Part shown: one piece after another, positions 37,094 to 46,805 of the stretch
Position numbering within the stretch: position 1 is the first letter of the stretch
Layout: every line of letters begins with the position of its first letter
DNA from: an uncultured Acidimicrobiales bacterium
GTDB lineage: Bacteria > Actinomycetota > Acidimicrobiia > Acidimicrobiales > JANYDT01
Direction: 5' to 3'
DNA: 64,000 nucleotides
Assembly: GCA_963763135.1 (NCBI GenBank)
Contig: CAVXNJ010000002.1
Span: forward strand, 81,562 to 145,561
The notes under the pieces: generated by a model
The model's input: the letters and a program-made list of their open reading frames with translations, nothing else
Database searches by the model: none
Told to the model about the DNA's origin: nothing
Position numbers and translations under genes: made by a program

Positions 37094-38377
37094 ATGGCTC
37101 GCTTCGAAGAACACGTCCGTACCACTCGTCTCGATTCCGGGGTCACGGTGGTCACCGAGCACATGCCGAGTTCTCTCTCGGTCACCACCGGTGTCTGGGT
37201 GAATGTGGGTAGCCGCGACGAGCTCCCAGAGCAGGCCGGTTGCTCCCATTTCCTTGAGCATCTGCTCTTCAAGGGAACCGAATCGCGCAGCGCGCTCGAC
37301 ATCGCCCAGGCGATCGATGCCGTCGGCGGCGAGATGAACGCCTACACCACGAAGGAATACACCGCGTTCTACACCCGCACCGTGGCCGACGACGCCGCGC
37401 TCAGCCTCGACATTCTCTGCGACATCATCAGCCGCCCGGCGCTTCGCTCCGACGAAGTCGACTCCGAGCGTCAGGTGATCCTTGAAGAGATTGCTATGCG
37501 CGCTGATGATCCTGGTGATCTGGTGCACGACGTGATCCACGAATCCGTCTTCCCCGGCCATGGCTTGGGTCGCGACACTGCGGGCACCGCAGAAACCGTC
37601 GCGGCAACCACACGCGACCACATCGAAGACTTTCTTGATAGTACGTATACGTACGATTCGATCGTTGTTGCTGCGGCCGGAGCGGTGGACCACGAGTCCA
37701 CCGTGCAGCAGGTCAGCGAGCAGCTCCGGCGGCACACCTCCGACGGCGTTGGCGATCGGCATCGGCCCTCGGCGCCCAGAATCTCGTGCACCGTGGTGGA
37801 AGACGACACCGAGCAAACGCACATGGTCATTGCCTACCCGGGCATGAACCGCGACGATCCCGACCGCTTCGCCATGAGCGTCCTCGATCACGTGTTGGGC
37901 GGCGGGATGTCAAGCCGCCTGTTTCACGAGATCCGGGAGAAGCGCGGCCTCGCATACTCGGTTTACTCGTACCGGGCCTCCTACGCCGACGCAGGTTTCA
38001 TCGGCATCTACGCCGGTACCGCACCCAAGCGTACGGTCGAAGTGCTCGACCTCATCGCGAGCGAACTGGAGCGGCTACGCATGCACGGCCTCACCGATGA
38101 AGAACTTCGGCGGGCCAAGGGTTCCGTTCGTGGAGCGACCGCGCTGAGCCTGGAAGACTCCGGTGCCCGCATGACCCGTATCGGTCGAAGCCAACTCCTG
38201 ATGGGGGAGATCACGCCGGTCGAGGAACTCCTCGCCAAGACCGAGTCGGTGGAGTCCGCAGATATTCAACGGGTCATCGAGCGCTTCCTCGGCGGCCCGG
38301 CCTGCATCGCGGCGGTTGGCCCGTTATCAATGGCTGAAATCGCCGACCATCCGCTACTTTCGGGACCCAGCAAATAG
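37094..38377 (+). CDS. M16-family zinc peptidase (PepR-like)
   Basis: Contains the HxxEH motif GCSHFLEHLLFKGT. 427 aa. Sits at the conserved position downstream of pnp. Confidence 0.9.
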   Translation: MARFEEHVRTTRLDSGVTVVTEHMPSSLSVTTGVWVNVGSRDELPEQAGCSHFLEHLLFKGTESRSALDIAQAIDAVGGEMNAYTTKEYTAFYTRTVADDAALSLDILCDIISRPALRSDEVDSERQVILEEIAMRADDPGDLVHDVIHESVFPGHGLGRDTAGTAETVAATTRDHIEDFLDSTYTYDSIVVAAAGAVDHESTVQQVSEQLRRHTSDGVGDRHRPSAPRISCTVVEDDTEQTHMVIAYPGMNRDDPDRFAMSVLDHVLGGGMSSRLFHEIREKRGLAYSVYSYRASYADAGFIGIYAGTAPKRTVEVLDLIASELERLRMHGLTDEELRRAKGSVRGATALSLEDSGARMTRIGRSQLLMGEITPVEELLAKTESVESADIQRVIERFLGGPACIAAVGPLSMAEIADHPLLSGPSK

Positions 38378-38411
38378 CTGCCGGGCGGATCGCTCGAAAA
38401 AGGACCTTCAC

Positions 38412-39194
38412 ATGCGCGTTGTAGTTTTTGGAGCAGCTGGCCGGATGGGTGCCGAGGTGTGCCGCACGGTTCATGACGATCCTGACCTGGAGCTCGTTGC
38501 TGCTGTCGATCCGTTCCATGCGGGGAAGGATCTCCGGGCCGTCACGGGCGGCGTGCACATCAACGGCATGCAGATCGCGGCCACCGCCGACGAGATCCTC
38601 ACGACCAAGCCCGATGTCTGCGTCGACTTCACGCACCTCGACGCGGCGGTGCCGAACATCCTGTGGTGTGCGGCCAACGGCATCCATTGCGTGGTCGGCA
38701 CCACCGGGTTCACCGAAGCCCACCTGGCCTCCTTCCGGGAAGCGTTCACGAAGAGCAACCTGCTGATCGCGGCGAACTTCGCGATCGGGGCGATTCTGAT
38801 GATGCGATTTGCCGAGCAGGCCGCGCCGTACTTCGAAACCGCTGAGGTCATCGAGTTCCACCACGACCAGAAGATCGACGCACCATCGGGCACGGCCATG
38901 GCCACTGTCGCCCGCATGGCCGCGGCCAAGAGCGTGTGGGCCGAGGATCCGACCAAGAAGGAAGTGCTGCCGGGGAGCCGTGGCGGCAAGGGTGCTGCTG
39001 ACATTCGCGTCCACGCGGTCCGGATGCGCGGCATGGTGGCGAGTCAGGAAGTGATCCTGGGCACGACCGGCCAGACGCTCGTGATCCGCCACGACACGAC
39101 CGATCGCACGAGCTTCATGCCCGGTGTGCTGATCGGCGTGAAGAAGATCGCTGCGCATCCCGGCGTGACGATCGGCCTCGACAGCTACCTGTAG
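38412..39194 (+). CDS. dapB: 4-hydroxy-tetrahydrodipicolinate reductase
   Basis: Contains MRVVVFGAAGRMG and EFHHDQKIDAPSGTA. Confidence 0.93.
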   Translation: MRVVVFGAAGRMGAEVCRTVHDDPDLELVAAVDPFHAGKDLRAVTGGVHINGMQIAATADEILTTKPDVCVDFTHLDAAVPNILWCAANGIHCVVGTTGFTEAHLASFREAFTKSNLLIAANFAIGAILMMRFAEQAAPYFETAEVIEFHHDQKIDAPSGTAMATVARMAAAKSVWAEDPTKKEVLPGSRGGKGAADIRVHAVRMRGMVASQEVILGTTGQTLVIRHDTTDRTSFMPGVLIGVKKIAAHPGVTIGLDSYL

Positions 39195-39248
39195 GTTCCG
39201 GCCGGCGCGGCTGTCCGGCTGTCCGTCGGGTTGCCGACCCGACCGCTC

Positions 39249-39920
39249 TTACTTCTTGAAGAAGCCCTTCACGGCGCCGGCGCGCTTTGAACCGATGCGC
39301 AGCACGATGATGACCGTCGTCGTGACCGTTAGTACCAACAGCCACTTCGAGTACTTTGCGTTGAAGCTCAGGAACGAAGTGATTGGACCTTCGATCTGCT
39401 TGGCGAAGATACGCAACGCAAGAACGACGAGGAACGTGCCGATCACGTCGAGGGTGAAGAAACGCTTCGGATTGAGTCGGGCCGCTCCGGCCAATACACA
39501 GATGATCGGTCCGGCGAAGAACAGTGCCATCACGGTGCCCGCCTTCACGAAGAAGTTGCGCGTCGAGTCCATGGCCGGCTTGCCGAGGGCGTCTTCGAAG
39601 AACGAAATGGCCTTGTCGCCGTAGATCCAGCCGAGCATGAAGTAGATCGGGTCGGACGCGAGCAGGCGGATCACGCCGATGCCCATAAATGGCGCAAAGT
39701 CGACATTCGGCGACGCAACCACCATGTAGCGGTACCGCGGCGACAGCGCCATGAGCGTGAGCGGGTGGTTCTTCAGCAATTCCGGAGCAGCGCCGCCGGT
39801 GGCGAAACCGAGTATCCACAACCCGGCCACACAGGCAATGAGCACCCCGCCAAGCCACTTCGGATGGCCGCTGGAGTCGAGGGCCGTGAGGCCGTCGTGC
39901 CCGTTGTCGTCGTCAGTCAT
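39249..39920 (-). CDS. integral membrane protein (possibly DedA/VTT-like)
   Basis: 223 aa with 5-6 hydrophobic segments. The family assignment is weak. Confidence 0.5.
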   Translation of the reverse strand: MTDDDNGHDGLTALDSSGHPKWLGGVLIACVAGLWILGFATGGAAPELLKNHPLTLMALSPRYRYMVVASPNVDFAPFMGIGVIRLLASDPIYFMLGWIYGDKAISFFEDALGKPAMDSTRNFFVKAGTVMALFFAGPIICVLAGAARLNPKRFFTLDVIGTFLVVLALRIFAKQIEGPITSFLSFNAKYSKWLLVLTVTTTVIIVLRIGSKRAGAVKGFFKK

Positions 39921-40026
39921 GATCCAACGACGCTAGTGCGAGTTACGCATCAGATGGTGACGAAGCCTCCAGCCCGCGCACCTCGGTGGCACCACCCGGC
40001 ACCACCCGGCACCACCCGGCGCCCGT

Positions 40027-41043
40027 CTACGCCGGCTGGCCGACCTTCGCCGCGGCGACGTCTTGGGTCGCAGCGGCCTCGCGGCTCGTGAGCCGGCGCC
40101 ACAGCGCCATGTAGTTCTCGTAGACGAGACCTTCGGGGAAGTACCCGGCCGCTTCCAGTTCGGCGTGGAAACGGGGAAGGTTGCGCCAGGTCACTCCGGC
40201 GTCGAGGTGGTGGGCGACGTGCCATCCCGTGTGGAAGGGGACCATCCAGAAGCGGGCCATGAGGCTCTGCTTGCAATGGTGGGTGATGAGTCGCTCGTCG
40301 GAACTGGCCTGCATGCCACCGTGCTCGGCGATCGCACGCAGCCGGTTGATGACCCGCCAAACCGTCATCCACGGGGCGAACCACAGCACCGGGTAGGCCC
40401 ACCAACCGACCGTCAGCGTCAATACGACGATCAAAACGATCTGTGCGCTTAGGATCTTGACGACCGACATGCGGGCGACCGGATTCCTAAGTCCACGTAG
40501 CAATCCGCGGAAGATCTTGAGTCCGGACTCGCCGAAGGCGTCACGGCGCAGCTTTCGCTTGAACGACGCCTTGGTGATCGGATATCCGGCGTAGAGCGAC
40601 TTGTCGGGCTCATCGGGGCCGAGGGCATCGCGGTGATGCGCCATGTGCGAGCGGCGGTAGGCACCTTGCGACACGAAGGTCGGAGCGTTCACGAGCCAGA
40701 TGCCGGCGAAGTCGTTGATCTTCTGGCTCGAGAACAACAGGCGATGCGCCGACTCGTGACCGAGAATGCCGAACAGGCCATGACCGCGGCCCATAAGTAC
40801 GAAGACCGCGATCCACAGCGGCCACCAACCCGTCTGTGACACAACCCACTGGGTGGCGAGGATGAGGCCGAGCGTCTGCGCCCACACCGACGCGAGCGTG
40901 ATCGCGTTGCGGAAGTTTTCTATGTGGCGTAACTCGCCCCGGAGCGGCATGACCGCCATGCCCTTGGCGTTCAATCGATCGGTCGGAAGAACCGCGGGGA
41001 GAAGGCGGGGGTCGGGCAACATAGTGGTGGCCATGCGATTCAT
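40027..41043 (-). CDS. membrane fatty-acid desaturase family protein
   Basis: His boxes HESAH, HMAHH and HVAHH. Start set at the ATG at 41043 (MNRMATTM). The upstream part of ORF 40027..41565 is not protein-like. Confidence 0.8.
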   Translation of the reverse strand: MNRMATTMLPDPRLLPAVLPTDRLNAKGMAVMPLRGELRHIENFRNAITLASVWAQTLGLILATQWVVSQTGWWPLWIAVFVLMGRGHGLFGILGHESAHRLLFSSQKINDFAGIWLVNAPTFVSQGAYRRSHMAHHRDALGPDEPDKSLYAGYPITKASFKRKLRRDAFGESGLKIFRGLLRGLRNPVARMSVVKILSAQIVLIVVLTLTVGWWAYPVLWFAPWMTVWRVINRLRAIAEHGGMQASSDERLITHHCKQSLMARFWMVPFHTGWHVAHHLDAGVTWRNLPRFHAELEAAGYFPEGLVYENYMALWRRLTSREAAATQDVAAAKVGQPA

Positions 41044-41061
41044 ATTACATTCTTTGGACAA

Positions 41062-41874
41062 ATGACGAAAGTCCGTAACAACGAGTCGGGTCCGGCCGAC
41101 GAACCGGTGACCCTTCGACCGCTGAGCGCGAGGTCGGTCATCGCCAGCACGCTCCTCGGGACGCGTCCGCCGTCGCTCCCCGGGCGGCAACTCGTCCGGT
41201 CCTGCGAAATCCTTGGTATAGCCGGGGGGACCGCCCGGGTGGCGATGACGCGCATGGTTGCGACCGGTGAACTCGAGGCCGACGATGGCCGGTACACGCT
41301 CATCGGTCCGCTGCGTGAGCGGCAACGACGACAGGACGAAAGCCTTCGGGGAATCTCCGGCGTGGCGGACCCCACGACCGACGGCACCTGGTCGATGTTC
41401 GTGATCGACGGCTCCGGATCGCGCTCGGCGGGGGAACGGTCCTCGCTCCGGGCTGCGCTGCTGCGCTATCGCTACGGGGAAGTCCGGGAAGGGGTCTGGG
41501 CGCGGCCGGCGAACCTCGGCGACCGCACCCAAGCGCTGGAGGTGATTTCCCCTAACGCCACACACTGGATCGCGACCCCTGACGACGCGAAGGTGCTGGT
41601 CGACGCCCTGTGGGATCTCGACGCCTGGTCGATCGAAGCCGCCCGGTTACGCAACGCCATGAGGAAAGGGCAGCGAGACCTCGACGCGGCGGTCGCCGCG
41701 TCGTTGCCGGAGAACTTCGCCCTGGATGCCGCCGTGATCCGCCATCTTCAGGCCGATCCGCTGCTTCCGGCCTCGCTGCTTCCCGATAACTGGCCCGGTC
41801 GGGAACTGCGGGCTGAACACGCGACGTTCGACGCAGCATTCAATCGCGTGTGGCGCGCCGCGCTGAAAGCATGA
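41062..41874 (+). CDS. PaaX-like transcriptional regulator
   Basis: Contains LRPLSARSVIASTLLG...ILGIAGGTARVAMTRMVATGEL...GRYTL. Divergent from the desaturase gene. Confidence 0.7.
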   Translation: MTKVRNNESGPADEPVTLRPLSARSVIASTLLGTRPPSLPGRQLVRSCEILGIAGGTARVAMTRMVATGELEADDGRYTLIGPLRERQRRQDESLRGISGVADPTTDGTWSMFVIDGSGSRSAGERSSLRAALLRYRYGEVREGVWARPANLGDRTQALEVISPNATHWIATPDDAKVLVDALWDLDAWSIEAARLRNAMRKGQRDLDAAVAASLPENFALDAAVIRHLQADPLLPASLLPDNWPGRELRAEHATFDAAFNRVWRAALKA

Positions 41875-42019
41875 CGATGACCATGGGGCGCCGGCGGCAA
41901 CTCGTTGTCACCGTTCTCTCAGGACATTGCCGTTACGCTTCGCACGGGTCATCTTCTCCCGACCCGTCTGACGCTCGACGAAGTTTCGCACCGAGATTCA
42001 CATTGAGACTCGCACTGAC

Positions 42020-42874
42020 ATGAAATCCCGATCCTCCACCGCCGCTATCACGACGTTCCTGTTGATGTTCGCGTTCGGGTTTGCCGGTGCGTTCGCTGTC
42101 GTCCAGCAGAAGAACAAGTCCGACGTGGTCGTGGTCGACACCACTGACGCCGGAGTTGACACCGCTGCCGTCGATACGACGATTGCCCTGGGGCTCGACA
42201 CGACGATCGCGGATACCTCCGTTGCCGACACGACCGAGGCGCCACCTGAAACGGATCCGCCGACCACCGCCCCCAAGCCGACAATCCCTGCGGCCCGGTC
42301 CGAGCCGCCGATTTCGACCGACGGCGCGTTCCTCTCGACCCCGGACTCACCCGAACCCCGGCAGTACAACCCCGACGACGCCTGCAACAGCCTCGCCCGC
42401 ACCGGGTCTTCCGACGTCTGTGCGACCATCGGTATCGGTGACGCGACCTTCGCCTGGGTGTTCGAGAGCGGGGGAGAGGGTGTGGACCTCCTCGCGGCCG
42501 ACGCGGACCTGCCCGATGTGTACACGGTGCAACTGCGGGCAAACGGCCTCCCGGCTCAGCCGCCCCGCATCGTCGACGTGACCGGCGACGGCCAGGACGA
42601 CATCGTGCTCGGCTGGCGCAACGACGACGGCCTCCTGAACGTCGACATCGTCGAAGCCCGCGGCCGCTCACTCGTGGTCACGCTGCACCTCGAACTCGTC
42701 GACGGGCGGGTTTCCGCTGGTGGCGGATCACTCGACGTGTGGAACGGCGTCCCCCAGCCGGGCGACGACCCGGCCAATCCGAGCAGCTTCGACCGCTGGA
42801 GCTACGAAAAGCGTGGTGGTCGCTGGGTTGCCACCGCCGAGCGAGACGACAACCCGCCGAGCGGCCAGATCTAG
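42020..42874 (+). CDS. secreted hypothetical protein with an FG-GAP/VCBS-like motif
   Basis: Signal/TM sequence AITTFLLMFAFGFAGAFAVV, an Asp/Thr-rich linker, and VDVTGDGQDDIVLG. Confidence 0.6.
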   Translation: MKSRSSTAAITTFLLMFAFGFAGAFAVVQQKNKSDVVVVDTTDAGVDTAAVDTTIALGLDTTIADTSVADTTEAPPETDPPTTAPKPTIPAARSEPPISTDGAFLSTPDSPEPRQYNPDDACNSLARTGSSDVCATIGIGDATFAWVFESGGEGVDLLAADADLPDVYTVQLRANGLPAQPPRIVDVTGDGQDDIVLGWRNDDGLLNVDIVEARGRSLVVTLHLELVDGRVSAGGGSLDVWNGVPQPGDDPANPSSFDRWSYEKRGGRWVATAERDDNPPSGQI

Positions 42875-42886
42875 CGGGTTCGCCGT

Positions 42887-42937
42887 GGGAGTGGGTGCAG
42901 TTCGGCAGCCCGGGGCTGAGCGAATGCACCCACTCCC
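42887..42937 (+). terminator. long hairpin after the secreted-protein gene
   Basis: A perfect 13-bp stem, GGGAGTGGGTGCA / TGCACCCACTCCC, with a 25-nt loop, followed by TTTC. Confidence 0.55.
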
Positions 42938-42947
42938 TTTCAGATCC

Positions 42948-43111
42948 GTCTACCGACGGTGACAGCCGTCAATGTGATCGTTCACTGTGCTTGAGCCCCC
43001 GGGTTCCGGGTCACGTCTACCGACGGTGACAGCCGTCAATGTGATCGTTCACTGTGCTTGAGCCCGGTTCCGGGTCACGTCTACCGACGGTGCAGCCGTC
43101 AGATCGTTCAC
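42948..43111. repeat. 64-67-bp tandem repeat (2.5 copies) comprising the 3' end of tag plus its 3' flank
   Basis: Copy A is 42948-43014, copy B 43015-43078, and copy C (attached to the gene, with 4-nt and 1-nt deletions) 43079-43111. Confidence 0.9.
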
Positions 43112-43654
43112 CATGCCGGAACTCTGCATGAACGCGTACATCGTCGTCGGTCCCACGAAGCGGAATCCAAGCTTCTTCAACGCCTTCGACATGGCTTTGG
43201 ACTCAGCGGTCTCGGCTTGAATCGGCTCGTCGAGTTCGATGCCGGCTTTGCGATCGGTCGGTGCGAAGGACCACACGAACTCGTCGAGCGACTCGCCGCG
43301 GTCCAACATGGCGGCGGCCATTTGGGCGTTGGAGATCGCCGCGTTGATCTTGGCCCCGTTGCGAATGACGCCAGGGTTCGCCATGAGCCGGGCGACGTCG
43401 GCTTCACCGAACCGGGCGACGGTTTCGATGTCGAAGTTGGAGAACGCTTCCCGGAAGGTCTCGCGCTTGCGAAGGATCGTGATCCAGGACAACCCGGCCT
43501 GCATGCCTTCGAGCGTGATCTTCTCGAAGACCTTGTTCTCGCCGTGGAGGGTCACACCCCATTCGGTGTCGTGATAGCGCTGGTACAGGTCGTCGCTTGC
43601 GCACCAGGAGCAGCGAACGATGCCGTCGGAACCGGTATGGAGTCGGTCAGCCAT
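43049..43654 (-). CDS. tag: DNA-3-methyladenine glycosylase I with an altered C-terminus
   Basis: Contains RCSWCASDDLYQRYHDTEWG, EGMQAGLSWITIL and VGPTTMYAFMQSSGMVND. The ATG at 43654 has an AGGA Shine-Dalgarno. The ORF stays open to 44005 through a repeat region. Confidence 0.85.
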   Translation of the reverse strand: MADRLHTGSDGIVRCSWCASDDLYQRYHDTEWGVTLHGENKVFEKITLEGMQAGLSWITILRKRETFREAFSNFDIETVARFGEADVARLMANPGVIRNGAKINAAISNAQMAAAMLDRGESLDEFVWSFAPTDRKAGIELDEPIQAETAESKAMSKALKKLGFRFVGPTTMYAFMQSSGMVNDLTAAPSVDVTRNRAQAQ

Positions 43655-43697
43655 GATGTGATCCTGGCACGTTGAGGCGACTGGCTCGCCACGGAGA

Positions 43698-43990
43698 GGT
43701 CGCTCCGGAGTCGTTTTTGTTTCCGGTGGGTAGGTTTTCGGCTCCGGAGCGGTGTTGTCCGCGGCGGGTTTGGTCGCTCCGGAGTCGCCGGGAGTCGTTT
43801 CGTCGCTTGGGGGTCGACTTTTCGGCTCCGGAGCGGTGTTGTCGGTGGTGGGTTTGGCCGGTCTAGGTCGCTCTGGAGTCGTTTCGTCGCTTGGGGGTCG
43901 ACTTTTCGGCTCCGGAGCGGTGTTGTCCGCGGCGGGCTTGGTCGCTCCGGAGTCGCCGGGAGTCGCCGGGCGCCGACCCTTGGGAAACCG
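43698..43990. repeat. tandem repeat with alternating 74- and 94-bp spacing (168-bp super-unit, about 1.8 copies) between tag and dapA
   Basis: GGTCGCTC(C/T)GGAG anchors lie at 43698, 43772, 43866 and 43940. TTTTCGGCTCCGGAGCGGTGTTGTC recurs three times. Confidence 0.85.
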
Positions 43991-44091
43991 AGCCGTGCGA
44001 CTCATCGGGCGTCACCCACTAGAGTTCACGGGCAACACAGCGACGTCGGAAAACGGCGCTCGGATACGCCGCAGGAAAGAAGATCTTAAAG

Positions 44092-44979
44092 ATGGCCAGA
44101 TTTGGTGAAGTTCTAACGGCAATGGTCACCCCCTTCGATGCGAACGGAGCGCTCGATCTCGACGCTGCTCAGGTCCTCGCCAAGTGGCTGGTCGACCGAG
44201 GCAACGACGGCCTGGTCGTGGCCGGGACCACGGGGGAATCGCCGACCCTGACCGACCAGGAGCAGCTCGACCTGGTGAAGGCGGTCTGCGAAGCGGTGAA
44301 CGTGCCGGTAATTGCAGGAGCGGGCTCAAACGACACGCCCCACGCAATCCATCTCACGAAGGCGATGGCCGGGCTCGGGGCCGCCGGCGTGCTCTCCGTG
44401 ACCCCGTATTACAACCGTCCGTCACAGGTTGGCATCGCCAACCACTTCCGGGCCGTCGCCGCAGCGACCGAGCTCCCCGTCATCCTCTACGACATTCCGG
44501 TCCGAACCGGTCGCAAGATCGAAAACGCCACGCTCTGGAAGCTGGCCAGTGAGGTTCCGAACATCGTCGCCGTCAAAGACGCGGCCAACGACGTCGCCTC
44601 CAGCGCCACCCTGATGGCTCACGCCCCGTCGGGTTTCGAGCTCATCAGCGGCAATGACAACCAGACCCTCCCGCTGATGGCGATCGGGTGCACCGCGGTC
44701 ATCGGCGTAGCCACCCACTGGTCGGGCATGGAGCACAAGGAAATGATCACGTCGTTCAAGAAGGGCGACGTTGACCACGCCCGCCGGGTCAACGCCCGCC
44801 TGCTCGAGTCCTACGTGTTCGAAGGGAGCGACCTCACCCCGAACCCGCAGCCGTCGAAAGCGATGATGCGCACCCTCGGACTGAAGGTCGGGCGTTGCCG
44901 TCCGCCGATGGACGGCGAGCCGAGCACTCTCGAAGACACCGCCCGATCCGTGTGGAGCAATCTTCAGGCGAGCGCATGA
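44092..44979 (+). CDS. dapA: 4-hydroxy-tetrahydrodipicolinate synthase
   Basis: Contains TAMVTPF, VVAGTTGESPTL and IVAVKDA (active-site Lys). Confidence 0.93.
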   Translation: MARFGEVLTAMVTPFDANGALDLDAAQVLAKWLVDRGNDGLVVAGTTGESPTLTDQEQLDLVKAVCEAVNVPVIAGAGSNDTPHAIHLTKAMAGLGAAGVLSVTPYYNRPSQVGIANHFRAVAAATELPVILYDIPVRTGRKIENATLWKLASEVPNIVAVKDAANDVASSATLMAHAPSGFELISGNDNQTLPLMAIGCTAVIGVATHWSGMEHKEMITSFKKGDVDHARRVNARLLESYVFEGSDLTPNPQPSKAMMRTLGLKVGRCRPPMDGEPSTLEDTARSVWSNLQASA

Positions 44980-46727
44980 CGCCGAGCGCCCGCAAAGGCG
45001 CTTCAAAGTCAACCGCAAACAAACCGACCACGGCCATGACCACGTCTCCCACTACGCCAAGTTCGCCCACTCCGCCCGTCCGCGTCATCTTCTTCGGCGG
45101 CCTTGGGGAGATCGGTCGTAACTGCTCGTGCATCGAGGTCGAAGGTCGGCTCATGCTGATCGACGTCGGCCTGATGTTCCCCGAAGACGACATGCCGGGC
45201 ATCGACCTCGTGCTGCCCGACTTCACGTTCCTGCGGGAGAACGCCGACCGCATCGAAGGCGCAATCCTCACGCACGGCCACGAAGATCACGTCGGCGCGC
45301 TCTCGTACCTGCTGCGCGACATCTCGTTCCCGCTCTTCGCCACACAGCTCACGCTGAACCTGGCCCGGGGTCGCATCGAAGAAGCCGGGCTGACGAGCCG
45401 CACGAGTTTCAACGTGATCCAAGACGGTGAACGTCGCCAGATCGGCCCGTTCGACGTCGAGTTCATTCCCGTCGCGCACTCCGTGCCCGACTCGATCGGC
45501 ATTGCGTTCCACACTCCGCAGGGCGTGATTTACCACACGGGCGACTTCAAGCTCGACCTCACGCCCATCGACGGCCGCACCACCGACCTCGCCCGCATCG
45601 GCGCAATCGGCAAGGACCCGGGCATCCGCCTGCTGCTGTCCGACTCCACCAACGCGGAGTCCGACGGCTACACCGAGTCGGAGAAGGTGATCGGCAAGAA
45701 CCTCTCGAACATCATCCGCGACAACACGGGCAAGCGGCTCATCGTCGGGTGTTTCGCCTCGCACATCCACCGCGTGCAACAGGTCATCGAAGCCGGCGTC
45801 GCGTCGGGCCGCAAGGTCACTACGCTCGGCCGGTCGATGCGTCGCAACATCCAGATCGCCCGGGAAATGGGCAAGCTGACGATCCGCGACGAAGACCTCT
45901 TCGACATCGAGAAGCTCGGTGATCACGATCCGAGCAAGGTGCTGATTCTGTCGACGGGTTCGCAGGGCGAGCCGATGTCGGCGCTCGCGCTGATGGCCGC
46001 CGGTGAGAACCGTTTCGTGAAGATCGGCCCCAACGACACCGTGCTGCTGTCGTCGCATGCGATTCCCGGAAACGAGACGAGCGTCGGCCGGGTCATCGAC
46101 GGCCTCACCCGCCTCGGCGCCGACGTGATCCACTCCGGCCTGGCCAAGGTTCACGTAAGTGGGCACGCCAAGCGGGAAGAGCTGAAGACGCTGCTGGCCG
46201 TCGCCAAGCCGAAGTACTTCATCCCGATCCACGGCGAGTACCGCCACCTCACCCACCACACGCGTCTTGCAATGGACATGGGTGTTCCGCCCGACCACAT
46301 CCTGCTGTGTGAAGACGGCGACAGCGTGGTGCTTACCGATGAAGGCATCGACTTCGGCGACACCGTTCCGGCCGGATTCCTTTATGTCGACGGCATCGTC
46401 GGCGACGTAGGCCAGGGCGTGCTTCGCGACCGCAAGGTGCTCTCCAACGAGGGTGTTGTGGTCGTGATCGTGACGGTCGACGAGCAGGGCGGCGAGATCG
46501 TCACCGGCCCCGAGATCATCACGCGTGGCTGGGTCTACGCCCCGGAGGCGGAGACGCTGCTCGGCGAGGCGCAGGAGGTCATTCGCAAGAAGCTCCTCGA
46601 CTCCATGTCCGACGGTGGACGAGACCTCGAATCGATGAAGCGCACCGTCCGCCAGGCCACCGGCAAATTCGTAAGTGAACGTACGAAGCGCCGCCCCATG
46701 ATCGTCCCGGTGATCATCGAGGTGTAG
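44976..46727 (+). CDS. rnj: ribonuclease J
   Basis: ATGA overlap with the dapA stop. Contains ILTHGHEDHVGAL (metallo-beta-lactamase motif), a beta-CASP region, and HVSGHAKREE. Confidence 0.92.
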   Translation: MTPSARKGASKSTANKPTTAMTTSPTTPSSPTPPVRVIFFGGLGEIGRNCSCIEVEGRLMLIDVGLMFPEDDMPGIDLVLPDFTFLRENADRIEGAILTHGHEDHVGALSYLLRDISFPLFATQLTLNLARGRIEEAGLTSRTSFNVIQDGERRQIGPFDVEFIPVAHSVPDSIGIAFHTPQGVIYHTGDFKLDLTPIDGRTTDLARIGAIGKDPGIRLLLSDSTNAESDGYTESEKVIGKNLSNIIRDNTGKRLIVGCFASHIHRVQQVIEAGVASGRKVTTLGRSMRRNIQIAREMGKLTIRDEDLFDIEKLGDHDPSKVLILSTGSQGEPMSALALMAAGENRFVKIGPNDTVLLSSHAIPGNETSVGRVIDGLTRLGADVIHSGLAKVHVSGHAKREELKTLLAVAKPKYFIPIHGEYRHLTHHTRLAMDMGVPPDHILLCEDGDSVVLTDEGIDFGDTVPAGFLYVDGIVGDVGQGVLRDRKVLSNEGVVVVIVTVDEQGGEIVTGPEIITRGWVYAPEAETLLGEAQEVIRKKLLDSMSDGGRDLESMKRTVRQATGKFVSERTKRRPMIVPVIIEV

Positions 46728-46805
46728 GCCTGGTCCGGCGGCCGCACGGCCGCCTGGTTTGTGGATGATCTTTGTCGCCCAGCGACCGTTTTCATCCATA
46801 ACGGG

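Noticed and set aside
36992-37891. N-terminal 300 aa of the 612-aa minus-strand ORF 36053..37891
   Set aside because: This part is antisense to the M16 peptidase gene and not protein-like. The esterase begins at the GTG at 36991, directly before its KKWKR-TM signal anchor.
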